A stretch of 64,000 nt of DNA from Octopus bimaculoides (GCF_001194135.2 NC_068981.1:190409375-190473374), one strand, 5' to 3'. Shown: positions 37,491-50,720, counted from the stretch's first letter. Numbers and translations are program-made. Notes: generated from the letters alone by a model not told the origin.

Positions 37491-37741
37491 TTGGGTTGGT
37501 GCATAATTATTGCAGCTTTTTTTTCAACAAATTTTATTCAACAATAACAATAACAATATTTAACAAAAACATCTTTAAATGACGTTCTGACCGTCTGCCA
37601 AGCAAATGGGAAGCAGTAATTGAATTAGATTGTGAATATGCTCTGGAATAATCATTTAAAGATGTTTTTGTTTCATGTTGTTATTGTTTTTGTTGAATAA
37701 AATTTGTTGAAAAAACCCACAATAATTATGCATCAACCCAA
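37491..37741. mobile_element. mariner-derived MITE, 251 bp, long TIRs
   Basis: Termini TTGGGTTGGTGCATAATTATTG / CAATAATTATGCATCAACCCAA; arms about 90 bp; the spacer encodes DRLPSKWEAVIELDCEYALE*. Confidence 0.85.
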
Positions 37742-37989
37742 TCATCATCATCATCATCATCATCATCGTTTAACGTCCACTTTCCATGCTGGCATGGGTT
37801 GGATGGTTTGACTGGGGACTGGTGAGCCAGATGGCTGCACCAGGCTCAAATTTGATCTGGCAGAGTTTCTACAGTTTATAGACCCCTAGTACTACCTTTG
37901 TGAACCACCAGGGGTCCGAAGATCCCAGGCTGGGAACCACTGCCCTAGAGGAACAGGTGTGAATTCCAAAACAAAGCAACTTTAGAATG

Positions 37990-39160
37990 ATGACAATTAA
38001 ACTTTGAATGTGAGATATTTGAATGCACAACTGAATGCTATGGAATAGAAGTTACTATTAAAATTAAGGAGTAGAAACGAGATATCACTGAAGAATAAGG
38101 CCTGTGGGTAAAGTAGGAAGTGGAAAATGTATTCATGGACAGTGTAAAATGTTTTAAAAACTCAGTGATTGCTATTCTGACTGACTGTCAGGTAGATGTC
38201 TTTAAGATGTTGGAAACATGATCAGTTGTTTTGAGATCAGATCCCATAGAAAGGATGTGATCATCTTTGAGACATTATCCGGGGTAAAAACGGGTCTTAA
38301 GTACTCTAGTGCATCAGGCAGTGTAAAATACCCTTCAAAGGGGCAAATGGATGTTTCCATTTGAAATGAAAAAGGACACAAGAAGGAGAAAGGGAAATTT
38401 GCCCTTTTGATATAATTCATTGCATTTGGCATAGATTGCTTTCTCAAAGTTTGGACCCCAACTGACATTTGCAGCCAAAGCTTTAGTATTTGGTTCCAGT
38501 TTGAAACTATAAATAGTTGATAAGGATTCAAACAAAAATAAGTTGAGGGTTCAGGGGAAAAGAGAGAGCAAACTAGTTTCTTTGCCTGGCGTAGAGAGAG
38601 TAACAAGTGGAAACAGTAACAGTTTTTGCAAATTGGAGAAGCATCACTAAAAGAACTCCCAACAACATTTTCAGGTGGGGCAAATAAATTTTGGCATTGA
38701 TAAATGCTTCAAGGCAACTGCAAAATCCTCAGTAGGAATCTGATGGCTGAAGTTAAGTTCTACTTCAAGATAAATTTCAGAGATGAAGTAGCATTGGTTA
38801 CAAGACACGTTTGGTAAATTCTTGACATGGACCTTAGTAATACCAATACATCTCTTGTGATAACTTTTGTGGTAGAAGTGACATTTGGTCTTTTACAAAT
38901 ACCAACTTGTAGGAGCACAAAGAATATGGTTTGTCGGTTGATTAGTATCTATAGAGATGGAAGAATTAATTGTCATGGGTCACATTTTTAGGGAAAATAT
39001 TACTGCCATAAGTTATCTTTTGTTCTTCAAATATTGCATTTTAGCGGAATTATTTTAGCAAGAAATAATTTAACTCTGGAAGAAGTTCCTTGCAGAACAT
39101 TTCCATTCTCTTGACAGAACCAAATTTTGTTTTTTGTCTCTTCTCTGCCATTTTATAGCA
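37990..39160 (-). mobile_element. Decayed Penelope-like reverse transcriptase region
   Basis: Frameshifted minus-strand segments in plausible order: AKIYLPHLK, LFSPEPSTYFCLNPYQLF, FFISNGNIH, SLSF*NI, PTGLILQ, LLFHSIQLC; these resemble the PLE RT motifs YGLPKIHK, FTFNG..Y, LSFLD and PTFTGLY. Confidence 0.45.
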
Positions 39161-39174
39161 ATAACTAGATCCTT

Positions 39175-39406
39175 TTATTTCTATATTGCCCACAAGGGGC
39201 TAAACATAGCGGGGACAAACAAGGACAGACAAAGGGATTAAGTCGATTACATCGACCCCAGTGCATAGCTGGTACTTAATTTATCGAACCCGGAGGATGA
39301 CAGGTAAAGTCGACCCCGGCGGAATTTGAACTCATAACGTAGCGGCAGACGAAATACCGCTAAGCATTTCACCCGGCGTGCTAACATTTCTGCCAGCTCG
39401 CTGCCT
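39175..39406 (-). mobile_element. Family M SINE, full length with 13-bp TSD
   Basis: TSD taactagatcctt at 39162-39174 and 39407-39419. Confidence 0.95.
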
Positions 39407-40086
39407 TAACTAGATCCTTGTGCAAGTCCCTGGCTTTCTAGCTCCTGTCAAAATGTCCAACCCATGCTAGCATAGAAGATGAACGTTAAGCGATGATGAT
39501 GATGATGGTGATGATGATGATGATGATGACGACGATGATGATGATGGTTTAGTTCATAATTCCAAGAAAAATGTACTTTTATAGTTTCAATTCCTCTCTA
39601 TTGCTACATCCTACGACAAAGGATTCTTCTGCAACGTTGATGTTGTTGTTGTTGTTGTGTCCAGCCATATTCTTTGTTTTGAATCTGTGCATAGAGAGAA
39701 TTCCAGTTTGAGGCAAATATCTCAAAGATCTCAGAGAAAACATTTCCTCGATGTCTGCTAACAAAAGAATTACCATTTGTTTAATAAGGAAGATAATTGT
39801 GGCATGAAAGTTAAAGACAGAAATCAATGAACAACAAACATGCATCTTGTTCATCAATGAATGTCTGTTTGTCTCTCAATCTGTTTGTCTGTATGTCTGT
39901 ACGTATGCATGCTTGTTTGCATACGTACATGCATGTGTATATTCATAATTATACACCATATATTCAACATACATCTTTCTCAGGTTTCCCTTAAACATAT
40001 CTTTAGCATATCATCATAATCATCATCATCATCATCATTCTCCTCACCACCACCACCGTCACCACTATCACCATCACCACCATCAA

Positions 40087-40122
<36 letters not shown>

Positions 40123-40284
40123 TTAACGTCTGTTTCACCATTGTTTTCTGGGGGGTTTTTTCTGGGGTGAAAAGAATCTTTCATATTTAATGCCAATGTT
40201 TTGCTACCAAGTCACGTCACACTTTATGCCCCAGCACCAATCATACAATCTACCCTTCGTTAGTGAGGTTACCTTGTAACTCCT

Positions 40285-40317
40285 AAGACAGACAGATAGA
40301 CAGACAGACAGACAGGC

Positions 40318-40378
<61 letters not shown>

Positions 40379-40527
40379 TAGACAGATAGATAGATAGACA
40401 GACTGACAAACAGAGAGACAGAGAGATAGAAAAACAGACAGACAGACAGACAGACAGACAGGCAGGCAGGCAGGCTGACAGACAGACAGACAGATAGATA
40501 GTCTGAAAGACAGACAGGCAGATAGAC

Positions 40528-40574
<47 letters not shown>

Positions 40575-40727
40575 TAGATAGATAGATAGATAGATAGACT
40601 TGCAGACAGACAGATAGACAGACAGACAAATAGGCAGACAGACAGATAGATAGACAGACAGACAGATAGACAGACAGACAGACAGATAGACAGACACACA
40701 GATAGACAGACAAACAGACAGGCAGAT
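40285..40727. repeat. Compound (GACA)n/(GA)n/(GATA)n tract
   Basis: Direct reading. Confidence 0.97.
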
Positions 40728-41001
40728 AGGTTAATATGTATATTCTTTTCAAAATGAAATTTTATCACATACATTGAGTTTCAAGCTGTTGCAATTTTCT
40801 TGCTTACACCTCACAAAGGCATGAAACTTGAGCTCGGAGATGAAAATTTGGTTTCAATATACTCTACAACGTGTATTGAGCACTCTTTGGTCACTTGGAT
40901 TATACGAATATATTCCAATGTTCGTATATAAATACGTACATGCATACATCTGTATACACAAACATACACACACAGAAATGGTATATGTCAATGTATTAAT
41001 A

Positions 41002-41065
<64 letters not shown>

Positions 41066-41446
41066 GAATTGGTGTGTGTATGTAAATGTGTGGGCATACG
41101 AATATCCTTAGTCATGTATCCATTTGTGAGAGTGTCTCGATGATTGCTTGAATTTCCATCGTGCTGGCACAGTGATGATGATGATGATGACGATGATCAT
41201 GATCATGATGACGATGACAATGAAGATGATGAGGAGGAGGAGGAAGAAGAGGTGGGGAAAGGAAGGGTGATTATGATGAAGATGACGACGACGACGATGA
41301 TGATGATGGAGATGATGGTAACAAATTAATATAAAGCTTTTTGACTACATTACTTTATTTACATAACATTTTGTAAATAATTTCTTTTTGATTAGTCTGC
41401 CAGCTCTGTAAAAACTATGTAAATATATATGCACATACACGTGTAT

Positions 41447-41478
<32 letters not shown>

Positions 41479-41638
41479 GAATATATTTATCTATCTATAT
41501 ACATATATGTATATACATACATACATATATATATACATATATATATATACATATACACTTATATATATACATGTATGTCCATATATATAAGTATGTATGA
41601 ATATTATATATACATTATATATATATTATATATATATA

Positions 41639-41723
<85 letters not shown>

Positions 41724-42189
41724 ATGTATTATATGGATATATTATATATTATATGTATGTATGTATATAATTTTACTTAATAGAAATTTTACTGGGAACG
41801 TGGTGAGTAGTTTTATTATGACTAATGGCTTCAGGCTAGCATATCATTCATTAATAGGTTTCTCAAACCAAACAGAAAACAATTAATAAAATGAATTATG
41901 AAGATATATTATTTATAAATAAATAATTAAGACCTAAAAAAAGTAAACTCTATTTGCATGCAATTTATGTATTTCAATATTCGTTATTGTTTGTGGTGTT
42001 TCAGTGTTTTAGAGAATAGACAAAGTAGAAGCAGGGCTGGGTGGTTAAGAAGTTTGTCTCTCAACCGTGTGGTTCTGAGTTCGGTCCCACTGGTAAGTTT
42101 CTCCTGGGGCTCCAGATCAACCATGTAAAGTCTGAGTGTGAATTTAGTTTGATAGAAACTTTACGGAACATGTGCATGCATGTAAGAAC

Positions 42190-42356
42190 TATCATCGTCG
42201 TCATCATCATCATCATCATCATCATGATCTTCATCATCATCATCGTCATCATCGTCATCGTCATCATCACCATAATCATCATCTTCATCATAGTTGTCAT
42301 CATCATTGTCACCGCCATTATCAATGTCGTCGTCATCATCATCACCGTCATCATCG

Positions 42357-42388
<32 letters not shown>

Positions 42389-42762
42389 TTCATCATAGTT
42401 ATCATCATCATCATCATCATCGACATCATCATCATCATCATCGACATCATCATCATCACCATGATCATCATCATCTTCATCTTAGTTGTCATCATCAGTG
42501 TCATCATCATCACCAGCGTTATCATCGTCATCATCATTGTCGTCATTGTCATTATCGTTATAATCATTGTCATCACCGTCATCATCATAGATGTCGTCAT
42601 CATTGTCATCACCTTCATCATTGTCATTGTGATCATCATCGTTGTCATCATCATCATCATCATCATCACCATCATCATCCTTATAATTGTCGTCGTCATT
42701 GTCATCACTATCATCATTGTCATTGTGATCGTCGTCATCATCACCATCGTCATCATCATAAT
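42190..42762. repeat. Degenerate (CAT)n array, about 570 bp
   Basis: Direct reading; ends in a family R tail stub. Confidence 0.97.
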
Positions 42763-43231
42763 TTAACATCTCTTTTACCAGCATAGAAAACAGACGTTAA
42801 ATGATAATGATGATGATGATGATGATGATGATTCCTAATTGCGACACACAACTATCAATATTGAGATGAAGGGAGAAGTTGGTAGCATTGACCCTATTAC
42901 TTGACTGGTAGTTCATTTTATCGACCCCAGAGAAATGAAAAGCTAAGTTGACCCCGGTGGAATTTGAACCCCAAACATAAAGCAGTGGAAGAAGTGCCCC
43001 TAGGTCTTTTCTCTGATGTTCTAATAACTTTGCCAATCAATTAACTTTTAATAATAAATGAATAATTAGGATTTTTAAGTGCATCTGCATGTATGTGTAT
43101 GACTTTGTGTTTCTGTGTGTATACATGTGCGTGTGCACATGTATATGTGTGTGTTTATTTGCACTGACGTTTTATATGTATTTGTATAAAGATTTATCCA
43201 TAGAAATGAGAATGAACTCAAAACCATGTTG

Positions 43232-43310
43232 TTCGTCTCCATCATCATCCTCATGCTCATCATCATGCTCATCATCATCATCCTCATCATCATCATCATC
43301 ATCATCATCC

Positions 43311-43353
<43 letters not shown>

Positions 43354-43637
43354 CATCATCATCATCATCCTCATCTTCATCATCATCATCACCATCCTCA
43401 TCATCATCATCATCATCCTCATCTTCATCATCATCATCATCATCATCACCATCCTCATCATCATCATCATCATCCTCATCATCATCATCATCATCAGCAT
43501 CCTCATCCTCATCATTCTCATCATCATCATCATCATCCTCATCATCATCATCATCCTCATCATCATCATCATCCTCATCATCAACATCATCATCATCATC
43601 ATCATCATCATCATTATCCTCATCATCATCATCATCC

Positions 43638-43674
<37 letters not shown>

Positions 43675-43705
43675 CCTCCTCATCATCATCATCATCCCCA
43701 TCATC
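43232..43705. repeat. (CAT/CCT)n array, about 470 bp
   Basis: Direct reading; followed by tttaatgtccacttctccatgc (family R tail). Confidence 0.97.
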
Positions 43706-44429
43706 GTTATTTAATGTCCACTTCTCCATGCTTGCATGAATCAGATGAAATTTTTTTTTTTGAGGCAGATTCCCTATGGCTGGATGCCCTTCCTGTCACC
43801 AGCCCTCACCCGTTTCGATCCAAGTCGTATAATGTCTCCCTCCACCCCGCCATTCCATGGCCAGACATATTTCACAAGACTGATGATGAAGCTTCACTTG
43901 CTTGCTCAGTAGTGACACCTGCTTACAACAATCACATGTTGTCAAACACAAAGAGACAGTAACACGCACACACACACACCACAAACCCACACATTATCAT
44001 CATCATTTTTAACATCTGTTTTCCATGCTGGCATGGGTTAGCCGATTTGATAGGAGCTGGCAAGCCAGAAGGTTATACAAGGCTCCATTGTCTGTTTTGG
44101 TATGGTTTGTGTTGTCCATTGTCTGATTGGCCCTTCCTAGAGTCAACCACGTTACAGAGTGGACTGCATGTTTTTATGTGATGCCAATACAGGTGCTTTC
44201 ATGTGGCACCACAACAGACTTCTTTCTTTTATATGGCACCACAACAGGTTTCTTTTAGTTTTTCTCTACCAAATCAACTCACAAGGTTTTGGTTGGCCCA
44301 GGGCTATAGCAGAAGACACTTACCAAAGGTTCTACACTGAGCCCAAACCCATGTGCCTCAGAGGCAAATATCTTAATCACAAAGCAATGCCTGTACCTAT
44401 TCTCTACTCCTGAGAATCCATAGATCCAT

Positions 44430-45075
44430 CCATCATCATCATCATTATCGCTTAACATCCGCTTTCCATGCTAGCATGGGTTGAACAATTTGACTGACTG
44501 GTGAACCGGATGGCTACACCAGACTCCAATCTGATCTGGCAGAGCTTCTACAGCTGGATGCCCTTCCTAATGCCAACCACTCCGAGAGTGTAGTGAATGC
44601 TTTTACGTGCCACCAGCATGAAGGCCAGTCCGGCAGTACTGGCAATGGCCATGCTCAAAATGGTGTTTTTACATGCCACCTGCACAGGAGCCAGTCCAGT
44701 AGCACTGGCAACAACCTCGCTCAAATGTCTTTTCATGTGCCACCGGCACAAGTGCCAGGAAGGCGATGCTGCTAATGATCACGCTCAAATGGTGCTATTT
44801 ACGCACAACTGACATGGAAGCCAGACAGCTGCTCTGGCTATGATCATGCTCGGACGGTGCTGTTAGTGATTTACTGGTGTAGATGCCAGCCATCAAATAT
44901 GGTTCAATTACAATTTCGATTTCACTTGTCTTCGCATGCAGAGTTTAGTGTCCAATGAAGGAAAGATATGAATAAGTGAGCTCGCTACACCCCTGGCAGA
45001 GGCCACGGATTATGGTCTCAATTGGCTTGCCGAGTCTACTCATGCACTGCATATTTCCAAAGGTCCTGTTCACTA
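44430..45075 (-). mobile_element. Longest family R copy in the window
   Basis: Tail, signature, 4 modules, then upstream sequence also seen at 21010-21195 and 54370-54465. Confidence 0.85.
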
Positions 45076-46609
45076 TCTCGAGATATTGATCTGAGGATCA
45101 CATCCAACCAAACGAATTGCTGTGAAGTCTTGAATTGACTTCACACCTCAGCAACAGCAGCAAAAACAAAGTCTCTGTGTGATCGTTTGTCATGCAAGAA
45201 ATAGGAAGCAAATATCCCTCAGCTCACCCCCTACAATGCTTTTTCACTTTGCAACACTTCAAAGAAATATTAAAAAATTACTGGCACATCCTGAATGGAT
45301 ACTTTAACACCATATTTCTGTGAAAATATTCCACCTTCGCTTCAATTAATTTTTAAACAAGGTAGAATGAAGTAAAATAACTATTTTTTTTATTAAACTG
45401 GTGTTTGGGACATAAATTATCATGAAAATTTGATGGAATGTTTTAATTTAGATCACTTTAAAACTGAAAGTTTGCAGAATGGAACAAGAATTATAGGTTC
45501 CAAGCCAGTTTAACTTATTTATTACAATATTTCTGTTAAAATAAAGTATTTATTTCAATTAATCTTGAAAAAAACAATCAAGCATTTCATGAAATAATTT
45601 TGTCGTTATTAAGCTGATATTTGGAACATAAATTAACATGAAATTTTGATCACTTTAAAACAGAATTTTTAATTTCTCTCACTTTCAAACAAAAGTTTAT
45701 ACCATAGAATTAAGGATGGAATCCAATGGGTTAGTATAAAAAGGGCTAAAGTAAAAATTTACAGGAAAACACACAAAAATATTGCTTACTTGACGTTTTT
45801 CAAGATGGCCGACTGCTTTATGAAACCTTAAATCATAATCCTATTGTTTTATCGTTTATTATTTTCTTGTTTATGTCATTCAACTGAGGCCATGCTGGGG
45901 CACTGCTTTGCAGAATTTTAGTCAAATGAATTGACCCCAGGACTTATTTATCTTTTAAAGGCAGGTACTTCTTCTATTGGTCTCTTTAGTTGAACCCCTA
46001 AATTACAGGGATGTAAACACACCAACACCGGTTGTGAAACGGTGGTGGGGGACAAACACACACACAAAGACACAACACATCTTCATCATCATCATTTAAT
46101 GTCTGTTGTCCATGCTGGCATGGGTTGCACAGTTTGACCAGGGCTGACAAGCTGGAAGGCATGGTTTCTGATGGCTGGATGCCCTTCCTAACACCAACTA
46201 TTCTGAGAGTATAATAGGTGCTTTTACATGCCACCGGCATGGGTGCCATTTGCATGACACCAATATCTGCCACAACTGCGATTATGATCAGCTTGATGGA
46301 TCTTCTTCTAAGGCACAACATAATGCCAAAGATCTCAGTCATTGCCTCCGTGAGGCCCCAACATTCAAAAGGAACTCAGCCACTTTGCCTGTGTCTATAT
46401 ACAACAGACTTCTTTCACTTTCTGTCCACCAAATTCACTTTCAGGTTTCGGTTGGTTCAAGACTACAGTAGAACACACCTGTGCAAGGAGCCACACAGAG
46501 AGACTGAACCCAAAACCATGTGGTTGAGAAGCAAGCTTCTTACCACACAACCACACTTGTGCCTACAAATATCTTAGCATCTCTTTTCAGTTCTTATCTG
46601 AAATATTCT

Positions 46610-47030
46610 TGTTTGCCAGAGCAGTTGTCTGACTTCCATGCTAGTGGCATGTAAATAGCACCATTTGAGCGTGATCGTTAACAGCGTCATCTTACTGGCA
46701 CTTGTGCCGGTGGCACGTTAGAAAATCATTCAAGTCAGGTCGTTGCCAGTGCCGCTGGACTGGCTCCTGTGCAGGGGGCACGTAAAAAACACCATTTTGA
46801 GCGTAGCCATTGCCAGTACCGCGTGACTGGCCCTTGTGCCGGTGGCATGTAAAAGCACCCACTACCCTCTCGGAGTGGTTGGAAAGGCATCCAGCTGTAG
46901 AAACTCTGCCAGATCAGACTGGAGCCTGGTGCAGCCATATGGTTCACCAGTCCTCAGTCCAATCGTCCAACCCATGCTAGCATGGAAAGCGGACGTTAAA
47001 CGATGATGATGATGATGATGATGATGATGA
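46610..47030 (+). mobile_element. Family R element
   Basis: Modules, signature and (gat)n tail. Confidence 0.9.
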
Positions 47031-49926
47031 ATAAAGCCTTGACTGATGCGTTATTGACCCTAGAATGATAAAAAGTTAGCTTGACCTCAATGGGACTTGA
47101 AAGTTGAAACATAGGAACATGGTTAGACACCAAGTAATGCAGTATCTGGTGTACGTCTTCATAGAAATACATTATTCATAGAAAAAATTCAAAGAGTCAG
47201 ATGGAATATGTAGATTTAAATTGGATTTTAAATATTGGAAAATATAATTAATCGTGCTGCAACTGTATCATTGTGAGGTTGAAGCCCTAAGGAGATGAAG
47301 CATGTAAGCTTGACAAACAAAATACCTCGTGTTCTCTGTTGGGCTTTCATGACAGAAATACATTGCAGCATATTAAATATGTTTTATAATACAAAATTAA
47401 TTCATGTATTAGCTATATACTGCATATCGTTTTTTTGCTTTTGTATATGTGCGTGTCAGATGAAGGTACATGGCCTAGTGGTTAGTGTATTGCACTAACA
47501 ATTGCTAGGTCATGGGTTCATTGCCACATTGTGTTCTTGAGCAAAACATTTCATTTCACATTGCTCAGTCCACTCAGGTGTAAATGGGTCACCTTGTGGT
47601 GGATTAGCCTTCCAATCAGGGGGAATGTTTCCCTGCTCCCTTGGCCAGCAGGGTGGCATCATTCAAAAGGTAAAACATTGTGACCAGCAATGTATGACAA
47701 CCTACAATAATCTGGTTGATACCATGATACCGTAACATGTGCCAGACACAATGATGAATGTGTGACATGTATCCCATTAATAATAGAATCCATGTGGCAA
47801 CAAAAGGACTCTCTCTCGGAGGGAAAGGTAGATTGTATGATGCTTGTGTACAAATGGCTATACTCCATGGTAGTGAAACATGGGCTCTGAATGTCACCCT
47901 ACAATCCAAGGTACTTTTGAGTGGGCTGGTTATGTGACACTGGTGCAGGTTACAGCTGTGATCTCACTTTATTTGTTAGGTCTTATCAGTCACAGCATAT
48001 CTCCAGAGGTCTTAGTCTTTTGCCATTGCCTCTGTGATGCCCAATATTCAAAGGTCATGTGATAATTGTAAATGAGCATCACCCTCATACAAGCAGTGTC
48101 ATTTGTGTCCAATATTCCATGAAAACTTATTTGGTCATTGGGAACTAATACCTTGCTTGAAAATAAGTGAAATTTGGCAGCAGGAAAAGCATCATGCTAT
48201 AGAAAATGTGCTTCAGTAAAAACTCCATGAGACCCATGGAAACATGGACATGTAAATGGTAAACGATGATGAGGGTAGAGGTGACCCCAAGAAAATGTAA
48301 AATAGGTCTGACTTGCATGAGATTTAAACTCAAAATGTTGAGAGCTGGAACTAAATACCAAGACATACTTAGTCTGATGCTCTAATGGTTCAACCATTCC
48401 ACTTTGAAATGCATGATCTAAAAATTACCAAGTAAAAATGGTTAATTTTATTGAAACGCTGGAGTTGACAAAATAGCAGAAACACATGAATGGATCCTTC
48501 TGGGCTTCCATAATTGATGATATGACAAATGAGAAGTTTACAAAAAAATGAGTGTTTATAGCATTGCCTGTAAGGAAGATAATGATTGCACTAAATAATT
48601 CCATACATTATTTGATAGATAGGAAGTTTAAACAGGATATGCATGATGTGTGTTGTGAAAGGGTTTGTTAATATCAAATATAACCATTGTTTGTGACAGA
48701 CTCCAAGAGCTAGAGGCAATTTCTTCCATCATAAAGGAAATTTCCTGTAAATCTAGCATTTCAGAACTATGATTTAGCTGCAGATATCTCTGTGTTGTTA
48801 GGAAGTTTGCTTTGCAATTAAATGGCTTCAGGTTCAATCCTACAACATGTCACTTTGAGTAAATATAGCCTAGAATCAGTCAGATTCTAATGAATGAAAC
48901 TTCCTTGTTGGTAACAGAATGGAAGCTTGTCATTGGAAACTTCCCGATTATTTGTTCATCATCATTATCATCGTCATTTAATGTCTGTTTTCCATGCTGG
49001 CATGAATTGGATGGTCTGACAGGAGATGGTGAGCTGGAGAGCTGCACCGAGCTCCAACTGTTTGTCTTGGCATGGTTTCTATGGCTGGTTGCCCTTCCTA
49101 ATGTCAACCACTTAGCATAGTGTACTGGGTGCTTTTTATGCGGCGCCAGCATGGATGTTCTATATGAGGTGCTGGCACAAGTGCTTTTAACATGGTGCCA
49201 CCAGAACAAGTGCTTTTTATATGGCACTGACATCAGTGCTTTCTACGTAGTGCTGGCATCAGTGCTTTCTACGTACAAGCGAGTACGAGTTCTCCTTGAA
49301 CACTTGTAAGCTGATGATTGCTGCAGAAACGTGGTCAGGGATAAAAATGTCAAAAAAACTAACATTCTTGGGATAATGAACTGGACATGGTGTTTTATGT
49401 AAGGCTTGAGACTGGACAATCTCTGGAGCATGAATGAAGGATCAATGAGGGAATCAATAATACCCGAGTAGAGGTGGCATGAAATGAGTTAATTCTGAGT
49501 GATATCAGCTGCTGTAGTTAGCTCTGAATAAAAGGAGAAGAATGAAAAGACAGCACTCTCATGTCCCAAAGAAGTGTACTGGGTAGTGAATTCCTACTAA
49601 TTAGTCAAGTGCTTCAGAGTAGAACTGGAAGAATATTAATTAGCAAAACTACAGGTCACAGTAGTAGGTTTACCGTTATTGGAACTAATCTGCATTGAGC
49701 ATTCAGTAGAAATAAAAATATAAATCTATGAATTTCAGTTGAGATGAGATTGGCAAAAGACCAGAACACATGACTTCAAATGCTAATAGAGGATGTTTTA
49801 TTGGTTGTACACTGTATAAAAGCTGCTTTTAATCTTTCTAATAATCTCCTTATAGCGATGGCAGTAAATAATTGTCAAGTCAATAATTTCTTCACTTTCA
49901 AAGCCTTTTTTACTTTTTTTACTTAC

Positions 49927-49987
49927 TTGCACAATGATGTATTTCTTGCTGGTTTCTGACTTTTGAAGTACAGGTGTAAAATGGCAT
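49927..49987 (-). CDS. Candidate exon D (61 nt; MPFYTCTSKVRNQQEIHHCA)
   Basis: Donor CAA|GTAAGT is strong; acceptor attttggtcAG is weak; no homology recognised. Confidence 0.15.
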
Positions 49988-50010
49988 CTGACCAAAATAT
50001 ATTGCGTTTT

Positions 50011-50370
50011 ACTATCTCAGTAATATCTACACAGTGTGTGTATATAATCTACTATCACAGAGGTATCTACACACTGTGTGTATATAGTCTACTATCACAG
50101 AGATATCTACACACTGTGTGTATATAGTCTACTATCACAGAGATATCTTCACAGTGTGTGTATATAGTCTACTATTACAGAAATATCTCCACAGTATATG
50201 TATATAGTCTATTATCACCAAGATATCTACACAGTGTGTGTATATAGTCTACTATCACCGAGATATCTACATAGTGCGTGTATATAGTCTACTATCACAG
50301 AGATATTTACACAGTGTGTGTATATAGTCTACTATCACAGAGATGTCTACACAATGTGTGTATATAGTCC
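50011..50370. repeat. 40-bp minisatellite, 9 full units
   Basis: Consensus actatcacagagatatctacacagtgtgtgtatatagtct; exact 40-bp period with substitutions only. Confidence 0.97.
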
Positions 50371-50409
50371 ACTGTCTCAGTTATATAGTCCATTATTTCA
50401 GCTATGCGA

Positions 50410-50720
50410 AGGTGCTTTGGGTATTCCACTCACAATCGTAGGGTTGTGAGTTCGATTCCCAGTGACACATTGTGTCCTTGAGCAAGACACTCTATTTCAC
50501 ATTGCTCCAGTCCTCCCAGCTGGCAAAATGAGTAGTACTTGTGTTTTAAAGGGCCAACCTTGTCACATTCTGTGTCACTCCGAATCTCCCTGAGAGCTAC
50601 GTTAAGTGAGTACACATGTCTCTGGAATACTCAGCCACTTGCACATTAATTTCATGAGCATGCTATTCCATTGATCAGATCAACAAGAACTCCTGTCATC
50701 GTAACCGACGGAGTGCCAGT
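50410..50720 (+). mobile_element. Family O SINE
   Basis: B box gagttcgattcc...3' end gtaaccgacggagtgccag. Confidence 0.85.

Noticed and set aside
40818-40930. GMKLELGDENLVSIYSTT, resembling an MBT-repeat start
   Set aside because: Similarity is limited to GMKLE, the downstream MBT motifs are absent, the splice sites are poor and a stop follows.
42041-43739. Poly-His/Asp/Met/Ser ORFs of 160-240 aa (also 1453-1951, 26915-27560, 57840-59123)
   Set aside because: Trinucleotide repeats lacking stop codons in some frames; not genes.
45801-45815. CAAGATGGCCGAC YY1-like motif as a promoter
   Set aside because: Single short motif with no CpG-rich or other promoter context.
49303-49335. CTGATGA-ttgctgca-GAAACGTGGTC hammerhead-like string
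   Set aside because: Stem II cannot form with a viable loop, and there is no stem I.
50011-50370. CRISPR-like regular array
   Set aside because: Head-to-tail tandem units with no unique spacers, in a eukaryotic context with no cas genes.
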